This document shows positions 56,103 to 64,000 of a stretch of 64,000 nt of DNA, in pieces. The stretch covers positions 2,321-66,320 of the forward strand of contig JAUXGA010000008.1 of assembly GCA_030622545.1 (NCBI GenBank). Reading direction: 5' to 3'. This DNA is from a bacterium (GTDB lineage: Bacteria > Electryoneota > RPQS01 > DYHQ01). Numbering within the stretch: the stretch's first letter is position 1; every line of letters begins with the position of its first letter. Position numbers and translations under genes: made by a program. The notes under the pieces are model-generated. The model did no database searches. It had not been told where the DNA came from and saw nothing but the letters and a program-made list of their open reading frames with translations.

Positions 56103-57218
56103 TTATGCAATTCTCTTGCGGAAACGCAAGAGCGCCAGCGAAAAAATCACGATACCGAAAAGCGCCAAGGCAAAGATTTCACCAGAGAGATCTCCCGCGC
56201 TGCTATCTTTGAGGAAAACTGCACGGATGATGACCATGAAGTAGCGAAGCGGATTGAGGTAGGTAAGAAATTGAAACGCTTGAGGCATATTTTCAATCGG
56301 CGTGAAAAATCCGGACATCAACATTCCAAAAACCATGAAAAACCACGCAAAAAAGAGAGCCTGCTGCTGCGTGTTCGAAATCGTTGAAATGAAAAGTCCG
56401 ACCCCCAATGTCGTCAGAAGAAACAGCGACGCCGTTCCAGCCAACAGCCAGAGACTCCCGCGGAAAGGAATCCCGAACCAGAGCGTGCCGACGAGAAGCG
56501 CTACCGCCAATTCGATGAAAGCGATGATGATAAACGGTACCGTTTTGCCGGCGATGAAATGGAATTTGCTGATCGGCGTTACCATGAGCTGTTCGAGGGT
56601 TCCTATTTCTTTCTCGCGCACGATTCCAAGCGCGGTCAGAAGCGTTGTCATCACCGTCAGCAGGATAACAACAATTCCCGGCACCATATAATAAACCGAA
56701 ACCAATTCGGGATTGTAATAAGCCTGCGAGCGGAGCGCCAACCTGTGCAGCCTATTACGAAGAGCGGGTTGCGCCCTCAACTTGCGGTTGACTTCACCTT
56801 CCCAAAAATTACGCAGCAACTCCTGTGTATATGCGGCGGCGATTCCGGCGGTGTTAGAATTCTGAGCGTCGGTAATGACGGCCAATTCCGCCGCCTTGCC
56901 GCGTCCGATGTCGCGCTCGAAATCACGTGGAATTTTCAGAACGATATCGGCTTGCCCCGCGTCTAAAAGTGAGGCGGAGTTTTCGTTTTCCGTCGGAACC
57001 AAATCGAAATAGCCGCTCGCGTCAAACGTATCCACAATCCTTCGCGACAGCGCCGTCCGATCTTCGTCGAAAATGCCGAGCCGTACATGCTTCACATCGA
57101 GGTTGATAGCATAACCAAGGATAAGAAGCTGAATCACCGGCACCAAGAAAATAATCGCAACCATTTCTCGCTGCCGGAAAACCTGCTTGAACTCTTTGAT
57201 AAGAAGATGTTTCAGCAT
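56103..57218 (-). CDS. ABC-2 type transporter permease
   Basis: The protein has an N-terminal TM helix, a periplasmic loop and a C-terminal ABC-2 membrane domain. It is a paralogue of the preceding gene. Confidence 0.8.
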   Translation of the reverse strand: MLKHLLIKEFKQVFRQREMVAIIFLVPVIQLLILGYAINLDVKHVRLGIFDEDRTALSRRIVDTFDASGYFDLVPTENENSASLLDAGQADIVLKIPRDFERDIGRGKAAELAVITDAQNSNTAGIAAAYTQELLRNFWEGEVNRKLRAQPALRNRLHRLALRSQAYYNPELVSVYYMVPGIVVILLTVMTTLLTALGIVREKEIGTLEQLMVTPISKFHFIAGKTVPFIIIAFIELAVALLVGTLWFGIPFRGSLWLLAGTASLFLLTTLGVGLFISTISNTQQQALFFAWFFMVFGMLMSGFFTPIENMPQAFQFLTYLNPLRYFMVIIRAVFLKDSSAGDLSGEIFALALFGIVIFSLALLRFRKRIA

Positions 57219-57221
57219 GAA

Positions 57222-58322
57222 TCAGTCGATTTTCACTTTGAATTGCTTCACCGCTAATCCCAATAGCACGGTCCCTAAAACGAGGAGACCAAGCGCTTGA
57301 GGCGCGAGCGACGCTGCATCTGCGCCTTTCAACAGAACTCCACGGATAATGCGCAGGTAATACGTCGCCGGTATGACACTGGAAATAAACTGGTGCAGTT
57401 TCGGCATACTGGCGATAGGAAAAATAAATCCCGACAGCATCACCGAGGGCAGAATCGTAATGATGAGCGCCTGCATCATCGCGACCTGCTGCGTCCGGGA
57501 AAGTGTCGAGATAAGAAGGCCAAGAGCCAGACACGGATAAAGATAAATCAACGTTCCCATCAGGAGCACTACGGCCGAGCCGCGGAACGGCACATCAAAG
57601 ATAAGCAGTCCCGCTCCGATGATAATCAAGCCATCCAAAAGCGCCAGCGCAATATAAGGCACGACTTTGCCCACGATGATTTCAACCGGATGAACCGGCG
57701 CGGCGAGAAGCTGCTCCAGCGTTCCCGTTTCCTTTTCCCTTGCAATCGTAATCGACGTCAGAAGCGCCGAAATCATCATCAAGATTACCGCGACAAGTCC
57801 CGGCACAATAAAATTTGCCGACTGCAAGGTTTCATTGTACCAGAAGCGCGGTCGCATTTCAATTGGCATTTGCATCTGTTGCGGAGTGATTCGCGCACTG
57901 AAATCCATCAAGATGGCTTCGCTGTATTGCAAAATAGTCTGGCCGACATTGCCGTCTGAACCGTCAACGATGATTTGCACCGGCGTTTCAAGCTGTGTGA
58001 CAATGGACGTCGCGAAGCCTCGTGGAATCGTCAGACCTCCCTTGATTTTCCCCGCCCGGAAAAGCGCTTCGAAATCAGCGGCATTCGCCGGATAAGCGCG
58101 CACCTCGAAATAACCCGACCGACTAAACGCATGGATAAGACGGCGCGAATCCGCCGAATGGTCATTGTCCACAACCGCAATGGGAATGTTTTTCAAATTT
58201 AGGTTTATCGCATAGCCGAAAATTAAGACCATCAGCAGCGGCATAAGAACGATAATTCCCAGCGAGCGCGGATCGCGCAGGATGTGAAAGAATTCCTTCT
58301 TGATAATCGCCCAGAGCCTCAC
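57222..58322 (-). CDS. ABC-2 type transporter permease
   Basis: It has the same architecture ('IAREKETGTLEQLLAAPV'). It overlaps the ATPase gene by 4 nt. Confidence 0.8.
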   Translation of the reverse strand: MRLWAIIKKEFFHILRDPRSLGIIVLMPLLMVLIFGYAINLNLKNIPIAVVDNDHSADSRRLIHAFSRSGYFEVRAYPANAADFEALFRAGKIKGGLTIPRGFATSIVTQLETPVQIIVDGSDGNVGQTILQYSEAILMDFSARITPQQMQMPIEMRPRFWYNETLQSANFIVPGLVAVILMMISALLTSITIAREKETGTLEQLLAAPVHPVEIIVGKVVPYIALALLDGLIIIGAGLLIFDVPFRGSAVVLLMGTLIYLYPCLALGLLISTLSRTQQVAMMQALIITILPSVMLSGFIFPIASMPKLHQFISSVIPATYYLRIIRGVLLKGADAASLAPQALGLLVLGTVLLGLAVKQFKVKID

Positions 58323-59068
58323 GCCGTGTCCTCGCTGCGAATGAGATCCACAAATAAATCCTGAACCGTAGCTTTCTGCATCTTCTTTTTCAGATTAGCG
58401 GGCGTGTCCAGCGCAATCAATCGCCCGCGGTGCATGATAGAAATCCGGTCGCAATATTCCGCTTCATCCATATAATGCGTCGTCACAAAAACAGTTTTTC
58501 CGGCAGCGGCTAACCCATGAATAATATCCCAGAAATGGCGGCGAGCCACAGGATCCACGCCGCCGGTCGGTTCATCGAGAAAGATGATTTCCGGGTCATG
58601 CATAAGCGCGCACCCAAGAGCGAGCCGCTGTTTCCATCCCGGCGGCAGCCGCTCGGTCATCTCATGTTCTACGCTCTCTAAATTGAAACGCGCCAGCGAC
58701 TCTTTCAGTCGCGTCTGCAATTCGCCATCCGGCAACCCATAAACACCACCGAAGAAATGCAGATTTTCTTTTACCTTTAAATCATCGTAGAGAGAGAATT
58801 TCTGAGACATATAACCGATGCGGCGTTTAATCTTTTCACTCTCGCGCATGATATCGAGTCCCGCGACTCGCCCCTCTCCAGACGTCGGTTTCAGCAGCCC
58901 GCAGAACATGCGAATCGCCGTGGTCTTCCCTGCGCCGTTGGCCCCCAGAAAACCAAAAACTTCGCCACGCCGGACGGCAATCGTTATCCGGTCCACCGCG
59001 GTAAAATTTCCGAAGCGTCGGGTAAGGTCACGCGCCTCAACAGCGTAGTTGTTCGCAGTCCCGCTCAT
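58319..59068 (-). CDS. ABC transporter ATP-binding protein
   Basis: The motifs 'GANGAGKTT', 'LPPGWKQRLALGCAL' and 'IIFLDEPTGGVD' are present. Confidence 0.85.
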   Translation of the reverse strand: MSGTANNYAVEARDLTRRFGNFTAVDRITIAVRRGEVFGFLGANGAGKTTAIRMFCGLLKPTSGEGRVAGLDIMRESEKIKRRIGYMSQKFSLYDDLKVKENLHFFGGVYGLPDGELQTRLKESLARFNLESVEHEMTERLPPGWKQRLALGCALMHDPEIIFLDEPTGGVDPVARRHFWDIIHGLAAAGKTVFVTTHYMDEAEYCDRISIMHRGRLIALDTPANLKKKMQKATVQDLFVDLIRSEDTA

Positions 59069-59973
59069 TTGGCTTCGAGCAGATTAATGAAGGTGTCTTC
59101 AATCGAAGGTTCCGCCGTCTGAATACGCACAAGTAAAAGACCTGTCGCACCTGCAATCTCCCTCCGGCATATGTCGGCATCATCCGTAACGATATGCAAC
59201 CGTCCTCCAAAAAGATGAACCGAGCGCACCGACTCCAGTGAACGGCACTTCTTGGCGAAATCAAAGAGTCCTTCTCCCTCGATTTCGAGAATCTGACCTG
59301 TAAAAAGAGTTGGGAGATTCTGCGGTGTGTCTGTGGCCAAAATCCGCCCCTTATTTATGAGAGCGATGTGGTCGCAGCGAAGCGCTTCGTCCATATAGGG
59401 AGTCGAAACGAGAATCGTCACGCCGTCACGGGAGAGTCGTTCGAGGATTTCCCAGAATTCGAGGCGGGAGACCGGATCAACACCGGTCGTCGGTTCATCG
59501 AGAATCAACACCTCCGGCGTATGAATGAGCGTGCAGCAGAGCGCCAGCTTCTGTTTCATCCCGCCGGAGAGTTTGCCCGCTCTGCGCTTGGCGAAGGGAC
59601 CGAGTTTGGAAAATTCGAGAAGTTCCTTCAGTCGAGTATCATAATCGCGCCGCTTGACCTGATAGAGGTCGGCGAAAAAACGAATGTTCTCGGCCACGGA
59701 TAAATCAGGATAGAGCGAGAAACGCTGCGGCATGTAACCCACGCGAGCCTTGAGCGCAGAGGCTTCGCGCCGTGTGTCTAAACCACAAAGGCTTGCTTCA
59801 CCGCTGTCAAAATCGACAAGACTGCAAAGAATACGGATGAGCGTCGTTTTGCCGGCGCCGTCCGGGCCGATGAGCCCGAAGATTTCTCCCGAATCAACGT
59901 CAAAGCTGACATCGCCCAGCGCCGTGTTTTTTCCGTAGCTCTTGGCAAGGTGTGAAACATGAATTTTGGTCAT
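59065..59973 (-). CDS. ABC transporter ATP-binding protein
   Basis: The motifs 'GPDGAGKTT', 'LSGGMKQKLALCCTL' and 'VLILDEPTTGVD' are present. Confidence 0.85.
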   Translation of the reverse strand: MTKIHVSHLAKSYGKNTALGDVSFDVDSGEIFGLIGPDGAGKTTLIRILCSLVDFDSGEASLCGLDTRREASALKARVGYMPQRFSLYPDLSVAENIRFFADLYQVKRRDYDTRLKELLEFSKLGPFAKRRAGKLSGGMKQKLALCCTLIHTPEVLILDEPTTGVDPVSRLEFWEILERLSRDGVTILVSTPYMDEALRCDHIALINKGRILATDTPQNLPTLFTGQILEIEGEGLFDFAKKCRSLESVRSVHLFGGRLHIVTDDADICRREIAGATGLLLVRIQTAEPSIEDTFINLLEAK

Positions 59974-60002
59974 GATAGGAAGGAAGAGGAGGGAAACTGC
60001 AG

Positions 60003-60884
60003 TTATTTCAGGTACGCTTCAACCGGCATTCCGATTTTAAAAATCCCGTCAGGATTCGTAATCGTTACCTTTGCGGCATAGACAAGTTCGACTCGCGCTT
60101 CACGTGTCTGCACATTCTTCGGTGTGAATTCGGCCTGCGGAGAAATCCACGAAAGCGTGCCCTGAAAATCCTGAGTCGGATGCGAATCAATTCGCAATCG
60201 TATCGTCTGGCGCAGCTTAATATCGCCCAGTTTTGTTTCCGGGATGTAAATGAGCGCATACATGTGTTGAAGATCAGCAAGAGAAACCACACTCCCGCCG
60301 GGCCCTAAAACTTCACCCGTCTCGTGATATTTCTCTATAACAGTGCCGCTTATCGGCGCGCAAATAATCGCGTCATCAAGTCGCTTTTGCACAAGCCGGA
60401 GCTTTTCCTGAAGCAATTGCTCTTTATAATCCAGTTCATCTCGTGCAATCCGCGCTGATTGGAGTGTATTCAAAGCGACATCAAGCAGGGTCTGATGTTT
60501 GTCGAACTCTATTGAACTGATCGAATTTTTCTCATAGAGATTCCTCACGCGCTTGAACTCTCGCTCGGCAGCTTTGAGCTGAATTTCAGCAAGAGCTAAT
60601 TTTGAATCCGCTTGCTTGCGAAGCAGCTCAAATTCGCTCAAGCTGACTTGTGTGGCTGAATACTCTATCGCGAGCCGGGCGGTATCGATGACAGCAATGG
60701 TGTCTCCCTGCTGAAGTTCCTGCCCTCCCTCAACATAGAGCGAGAGGATTTGTCCGGACTCGATGCAGGAAACTTCCACGACCGTCGCCTCGAACGTACC
60801 GGTACTGTCCGGCACATCCGCCTTGCGCTGACATCCCGTAATACCAAACCCGATTATAAGAAAAAAAATGAGAATTGTTCTCAC
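60003..60884 (-). CDS. HlyD-family periplasmic adaptor (lipoprotein)
   Basis: A lipobox 'GFGITGC', a lipoyl-like 'GQELQQGDTIAVID', a coiled-coil hairpin and a beta-barrel C-terminus are present. It is the first gene of the efflux operon. Confidence 0.8.
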   Translation of the reverse strand: MRTILIFFLIIGFGITGCQRKADVPDSTGTFEATVVEVSCIESGQILSLYVEGGQELQQGDTIAVIDTARLAIEYSATQVSLSEFELLRKQADSKLALAEIQLKAAEREFKRVRNLYEKNSISSIEFDKHQTLLDVALNTLQSARIARDELDYKEQLLQEKLRLVQKRLDDAIICAPISGTVIEKYHETGEVLGPGGSVVSLADLQHMYALIYIPETKLGDIKLRQTIRLRIDSHPTQDFQGTLSWISPQAEFTPKNVQTREARVELVYAAKVTITNPDGIFKIGMPVEAYLK

Positions 60885-60942
60885 AAGGTTCTCGCTTGAT
60901 TCTTTTAAGATGTTTGCCCGCCGCCGCTCATGGGTCTATTCT

Positions 60943-61266
60943 CGCCGAGCCGGGTTGCCTGACCACGATTGTTTCAATGTTTTGTGCACTTGTGATGACG
61001 GGATTTCCTCTGCGGTGTTGGCTGCTTGCAGCCGACCCTAAAAAAAGGTCTGGTAGTGCCGCACGGCAGTGCGCTTGAGTAGCCGATACAACAGGGAAAA
61101 CACCCTTTTTACCAGTATATAAAACTTTGCGACAGTTGCGGTCTGTGACCCATCCAACCCTTTCATGACCACTGCGGTTTGGGAGCGCACTGCCGTGCGG
61201 CACTACCAGACCATATTTCCAATAACTTGCATTTAGACAGTTTTGGTCAGGCGACCCGGCTCGGCG
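60943..61266. mobile_element. Outer inverted-repeat element enclosing MITE copy 2
   Basis: 'cgccgagccgggttgcctgacc' (60943-60964) matches the reverse complement of 61245-61266 at 21 of 22 positions. A solo related end lies at 24521-24536. Confidence 0.5.
61047..61212. mobile_element. MITE-like element, copy 2 (166 bp; core inverted relative to copy 1)
   Basis: The ends are 'ggtctggtagtgccgcacggcagtgcgc' ... 'gcgcactgccgtgcggcactaccagacc'. Confidence 0.75.
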
Positions 61267-61308
61267 GTAATGTTATTGCGAGTGGGTGCCCTCACCTCTC
61301 GCGTAATT

Positions 61309-62991
61309 TTACCGAAACATCAGCCGCAAATCACCGAAAAAGAGCGTTTGCGCGTCGCGGTTATCCGGCGGCATATAATAACTCGCACCGCCTGAAATGC
61401 GGAAGATGGAAACATCCAAGCGCAGGCTTCCCGAAAACACCGGCGTCTCCAGATACGGATAGAGATGTTTTTCTACCTGCTCTTCGAATACGTTTTCCGA
61501 TGAAGGACCAGAAAGGCTGCTGACAGCATGCTTGAGATGTTTCCGCGCGAGAATAGTATTGCGGAACTTCAAATCGAGTAACAGTTGTGAAAGTCCCGCT
61601 CCTTCAAGCGGCGCCCAGCGAAAGTTAAATGTCTGACTGGTTTGCGCCAATCCGGCAACACCTTCGATATGGATTCCTGTAGAATCTCGCATGGAATATT
61701 CAAAATTCGGAATCGGTGTGATTCCCAAACTCGCAACAGCTTGTCCGGTCTCCGAGAAACGAAAGACAACCGCGCCCTCAACTTCACCCGCATTCTCGTA
61801 TTTGAAGAAGTGATTACCGCCGTACATCTCCAAGTGCTGCTCGGAGTTTCCGACCCATGCGGACAGTTTCATCCACGCGCCGAATTTTTTCAGCGCACCG
61901 TAAGCCGCCATTTTGTCCACACCGAAACGCGCGGTAATCTCATAGCGCGACATATCCTGCAATGTAGGCTCGTCGAAGTCGTCATCATTCCGCGCGCCGC
62001 GATTCACATCCCAGAACGGATCATCCCGGTAAAAAGCTCGGAATCCTCCAAACAGAAACAGATTTCTGTCCCACGCGGGAATCCACAACGCTTCAAAAGA
62101 TGTTCCCAAAAAGCCGGGCGAAAGCGTATCCACTTTCCACGGCGCCATTTCGACCATGAATCGCAAGCCTACGCGCGAGCGCACGTCCTGCCGACCGCTG
62201 ACCCACGGCGACCAGACCGAATAATCCCATTCGTTTCCCGCACCGAGCAAAATCCGCTGCCGTCCCGCATTACGCTGCGTGTTGTCATAACGCCCGCCGA
62301 TAAGACCCAGCGCCGTGCGGTAATACATCGAGCGCGGCGGCTCCAAAAGCTCGGATGGAATATAAAGCGTATCATGAATGACAACGGTGTCCACGCGATA
62401 GATGGTATTCGTAATCACAACCGTATCAATCGGTGTCGGTTCCGGCGGCGGAAAATAGATTCTCACCGAATCAAAATTCCACGCTGTCAGCGAAGCGCCC
62501 GATAAAGAAAACTTGAACGTCCCCTCGACATCGGTGCCGTGATAACCTTTATCTATCGCGCGCGAAAGTCCCGCTAAAAGTCCGTAGCCAAGCGCTCGCG
62601 AGCCGATAGTCTGAGAAGCCATCGTATCGAAATGCGCCGCCCGGCGATTGGTTTCATAAACCGCGACATTCACCGGCACGGTAAAACTTCGCAGCAGCGA
62701 ATCGAGGGCCGGTGAAATCGGACGAAGACGCAGCACACGTCCCGATGGATATATCAGCACGACGTCCGCTTCATCGAATCCGTCGTTCATAACGTCAACG
62801 AGCATGAGCCGTTCAATCGCTTCGTCTCCCAAAATAAGCTCGCTGCGAAATTGCTCTATTTGAACAGGGCTTGCGATTCGCTTTATCGTTATATTTTGGA
62901 ATTCGACATCGCTTGCCATCACAAAGGGCGGCACAGCAATGCAGCCCAAAAACAGCGCCCAAAGTAGTCGTTTCAAAAGAAAACCTCCCAC
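61309..62991 (-). CDS. Hypothetical secreted or outer-membrane protein
   Basis: A signal peptide 'LLWALFLGCIAVPPFVMA' is present. The sequence is beta-rich and ends '...FFGDLRLMFR'. The plus-strand ORF 61642..62505 is its antisense shadow. Confidence 0.6.
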   Translation of the reverse strand: MGGFLLKRLLWALFLGCIAVPPFVMASDVEFQNITIKRIASPVQIEQFRSELILGDEAIERLMLVDVMNDGFDEADVVLIYPSGRVLRLRPISPALDSLLRSFTVPVNVAVYETNRRAAHFDTMASQTIGSRALGYGLLAGLSRAIDKGYHGTDVEGTFKFSLSGASLTAWNFDSVRIYFPPPEPTPIDTVVITNTIYRVDTVVIHDTLYIPSELLEPPRSMYYRTALGLIGGRYDNTQRNAGRQRILLGAGNEWDYSVWSPWVSGRQDVRSRVGLRFMVEMAPWKVDTLSPGFLGTSFEALWIPAWDRNLFLFGGFRAFYRDDPFWDVNRGARNDDDFDEPTLQDMSRYEITARFGVDKMAAYGALKKFGAWMKLSAWVGNSEQHLEMYGGNHFFKYENAGEVEGAVVFRFSETGQAVASLGITPIPNFEYSMRDSTGIHIEGVAGLAQTSQTFNFRWAPLEGAGLSQLLLDLKFRNTILARKHLKHAVSSLSGPSSENVFEEQVEKHLYPYLETPVFSGSLRLDVSIFRISGGASYYMPPDNRDAQTLFFGDLRLMFR

Positions 62992-63024
62992 AGTTTCACA
63001 ATCATCACACCATGAATCATCGTA

Positions 63025-63999
63025 TTATCTGCTCGTAGAATTCGTTTCGTTTATCGTCCCCAAAGCGTCGCGATATTTTCGCATCATTTCCCAATTGGAC
63101 TGCTGGCGATAAGCATCTTCCAAAATCGTATACGCGGTTCGAAGCTGCTCTTTCGTCAGCGGGAAATCCAGCGCTTGCGTTGCGAACGTCACCGAGCGCG
63201 CCGGGTCATTCGCGGCAAGCCGAGCAAGTTCGATGTAGCACGCGCCTTGTCCGCTCCATGAAAATTTCGTCCCCTGCAAATAGTACGACAGCGCCGCGCG
63301 TAAATCCTTTTCCTCTTCGAGTTTCTGCGCGTGGCCGTACAACATTTTTCCGTAACTTTCCCAGTAATCTTTTTCCGTGTCGGGATATTCGTCCAACAGT
63401 TTCTTCAGCCGCTCCAGTCCCATGACCGGGTCGAATTCCGTATATTCCAAAAGCGCCAGCCGCCACATTAGCTCCGCGCGCGCTTTTTTCGTGCGAGCAA
63501 CTTGAACGCCGCCAACATATTCGCGCCGCGCATCACGATAGCGCTCTTCCTGCTCGGCGCGAAACGCTTCATCACGATACTCCGCTGTGCGAATGCCGCC
63601 GTTGTCCCAGCTTATCCATTTGACCGTTTGCAAAATCTGAGCGCTGTCTTCAGCCAAAGCGAACGGCAGCGCCGCTTGAAATGTCGCGAGAGCAAGTCCG
63701 TCCTGATAGGTGCGCGTATAAGCATCCGCCAAGAAAATTCGATAGGTGTTCGGCAAGGATATTTCCTCGCCTTCGGTCAATTTATAGACATCAATGGCTT
63801 TGTTGAATCCCGTAATCGCTCCTTCGTAATCTTCCGCTTGAAGGCAAGCGTAGGCGTAATTAAACCACAAGCGATGTTCGCCTTTCCGGGTTTCAACGAC
63901 CTTGCGATAGACTTGGGAAGCTTCTTCCCATTCTTGCAGACGGTCGAGCGTCGCAGCCAGCCACAACGGAGGATCCGGCGACTGCGGTACGAATTCCAT
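63025..63999 (-). CDS. TPR-repeat protein (may continue beyond the window edge)
   Basis: TPR-like helical repeats are present ('WFNYAYACLQAEDYEGAITGFNKAI', 'ALSYYLQG'). The ATG lies 1 nt from the window end, so the true start cannot be verified. Confidence 0.6.
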   Translation of the reverse strand: MEFVPQSPDPPLWLAATLDRLQEWEEASQVYRKVVETRKGEHRLWFNYAYACLQAEDYEGAITGFNKAIDVYKLTEGEEISLPNTYRIFLADAYTRTYQDGLALATFQAALPFALAEDSAQILQTVKWISWDNGGIRTAEYRDEAFRAEQEERYRDARREYVGGVQVARTKKARAELMWRLALLEYTEFDPVMGLERLKKLLDEYPDTEKDYWESYGKMLYGHAQKLEEEKDLRAALSYYLQGTKFSWSGQGACYIELARLAANDPARSVTFATQALDFPLTKEQLRTAYTILEDAYRQQSNWEMMRKYRDALGTINETNSTSR

Positions 64000-64000
64000 T

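Noticed and set aside
61642-62505. A 287-aa plus-strand ORF.
   Set aside because: It is an R-rich antisense shadow of the 560-aa secreted protein gene, which has a signal peptide and a beta-barrel-like terminus.

Overview
This is a 64-kb chromosomal window that looks like an uncultured Gram-negative bacterium. T9SS-type C-terminal sorting domains, a PorV-like barrel, a BatA-type protein and a TamA/TamB module suggest the FCB superphylum, but that placement is inference only. About 55 protein-coding genes are supported. I found no rRNA, no intact tRNA and no CRISPR array.

Gene content, left to right:
- two cohesin-like T9SS cargo proteins
- a 600-bp non-coding stretch with a phased 10-bp repeat
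- an AT-rich islet (methyltransferase, unknown gene, TIR/SEFIR-domain gene) punctuated by three decayed tRNA-Asp-like fragments
- a MacB-type ABC transporter with a Cys-tailed secreted partner
- an arsenic/organoarsenical island (two ArsR, Acr3, ArsP-like permease, small thioredoxin-like protein, ArsF/ArsG-like pair)
- MATE transporter, enoyl-CoA hydratase, GNAT acetyltransferase, cupin and Zn-dependent alcohol dehydrogenase
- an AT-rich orphan UvrD-like helicase
- glyQS, recO and rsmA
- a GIY-YIG cassette wrapped in nested repeats
- a 7-repeat secreted protein
- a surface-protein / PorV-like / HhH-barrel operon
- mntP, slt, and a selenocysteine-encoding selD with a SECIS-like hairpin
- an SDR gene remnant, TolC, gmhA, a BatA-like protein, a PLP-dependent dehydratase and a SagB-type nitroreductase
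- a long minus-strand envelope cluster (giant tail-anchored coiled-coil protein, helical partner, Omp85, TamB, Omp85)
- a HlyD / 2x ATPase / 2x ABC-2 permease efflux operon
- a MITE-like repeat family (two 166-bp copies plus a solo end, one copy nested in a second inverted-repeat element)

Best candidates for something new are (i) the two-gene TIR cassette at 3039-5397 and (ii) the coiled-coil/helical pair fused to the double-Omp85/TamB cluster. All calls come from reading the sequence and ORF translations by eye. No searches or statistics were run.
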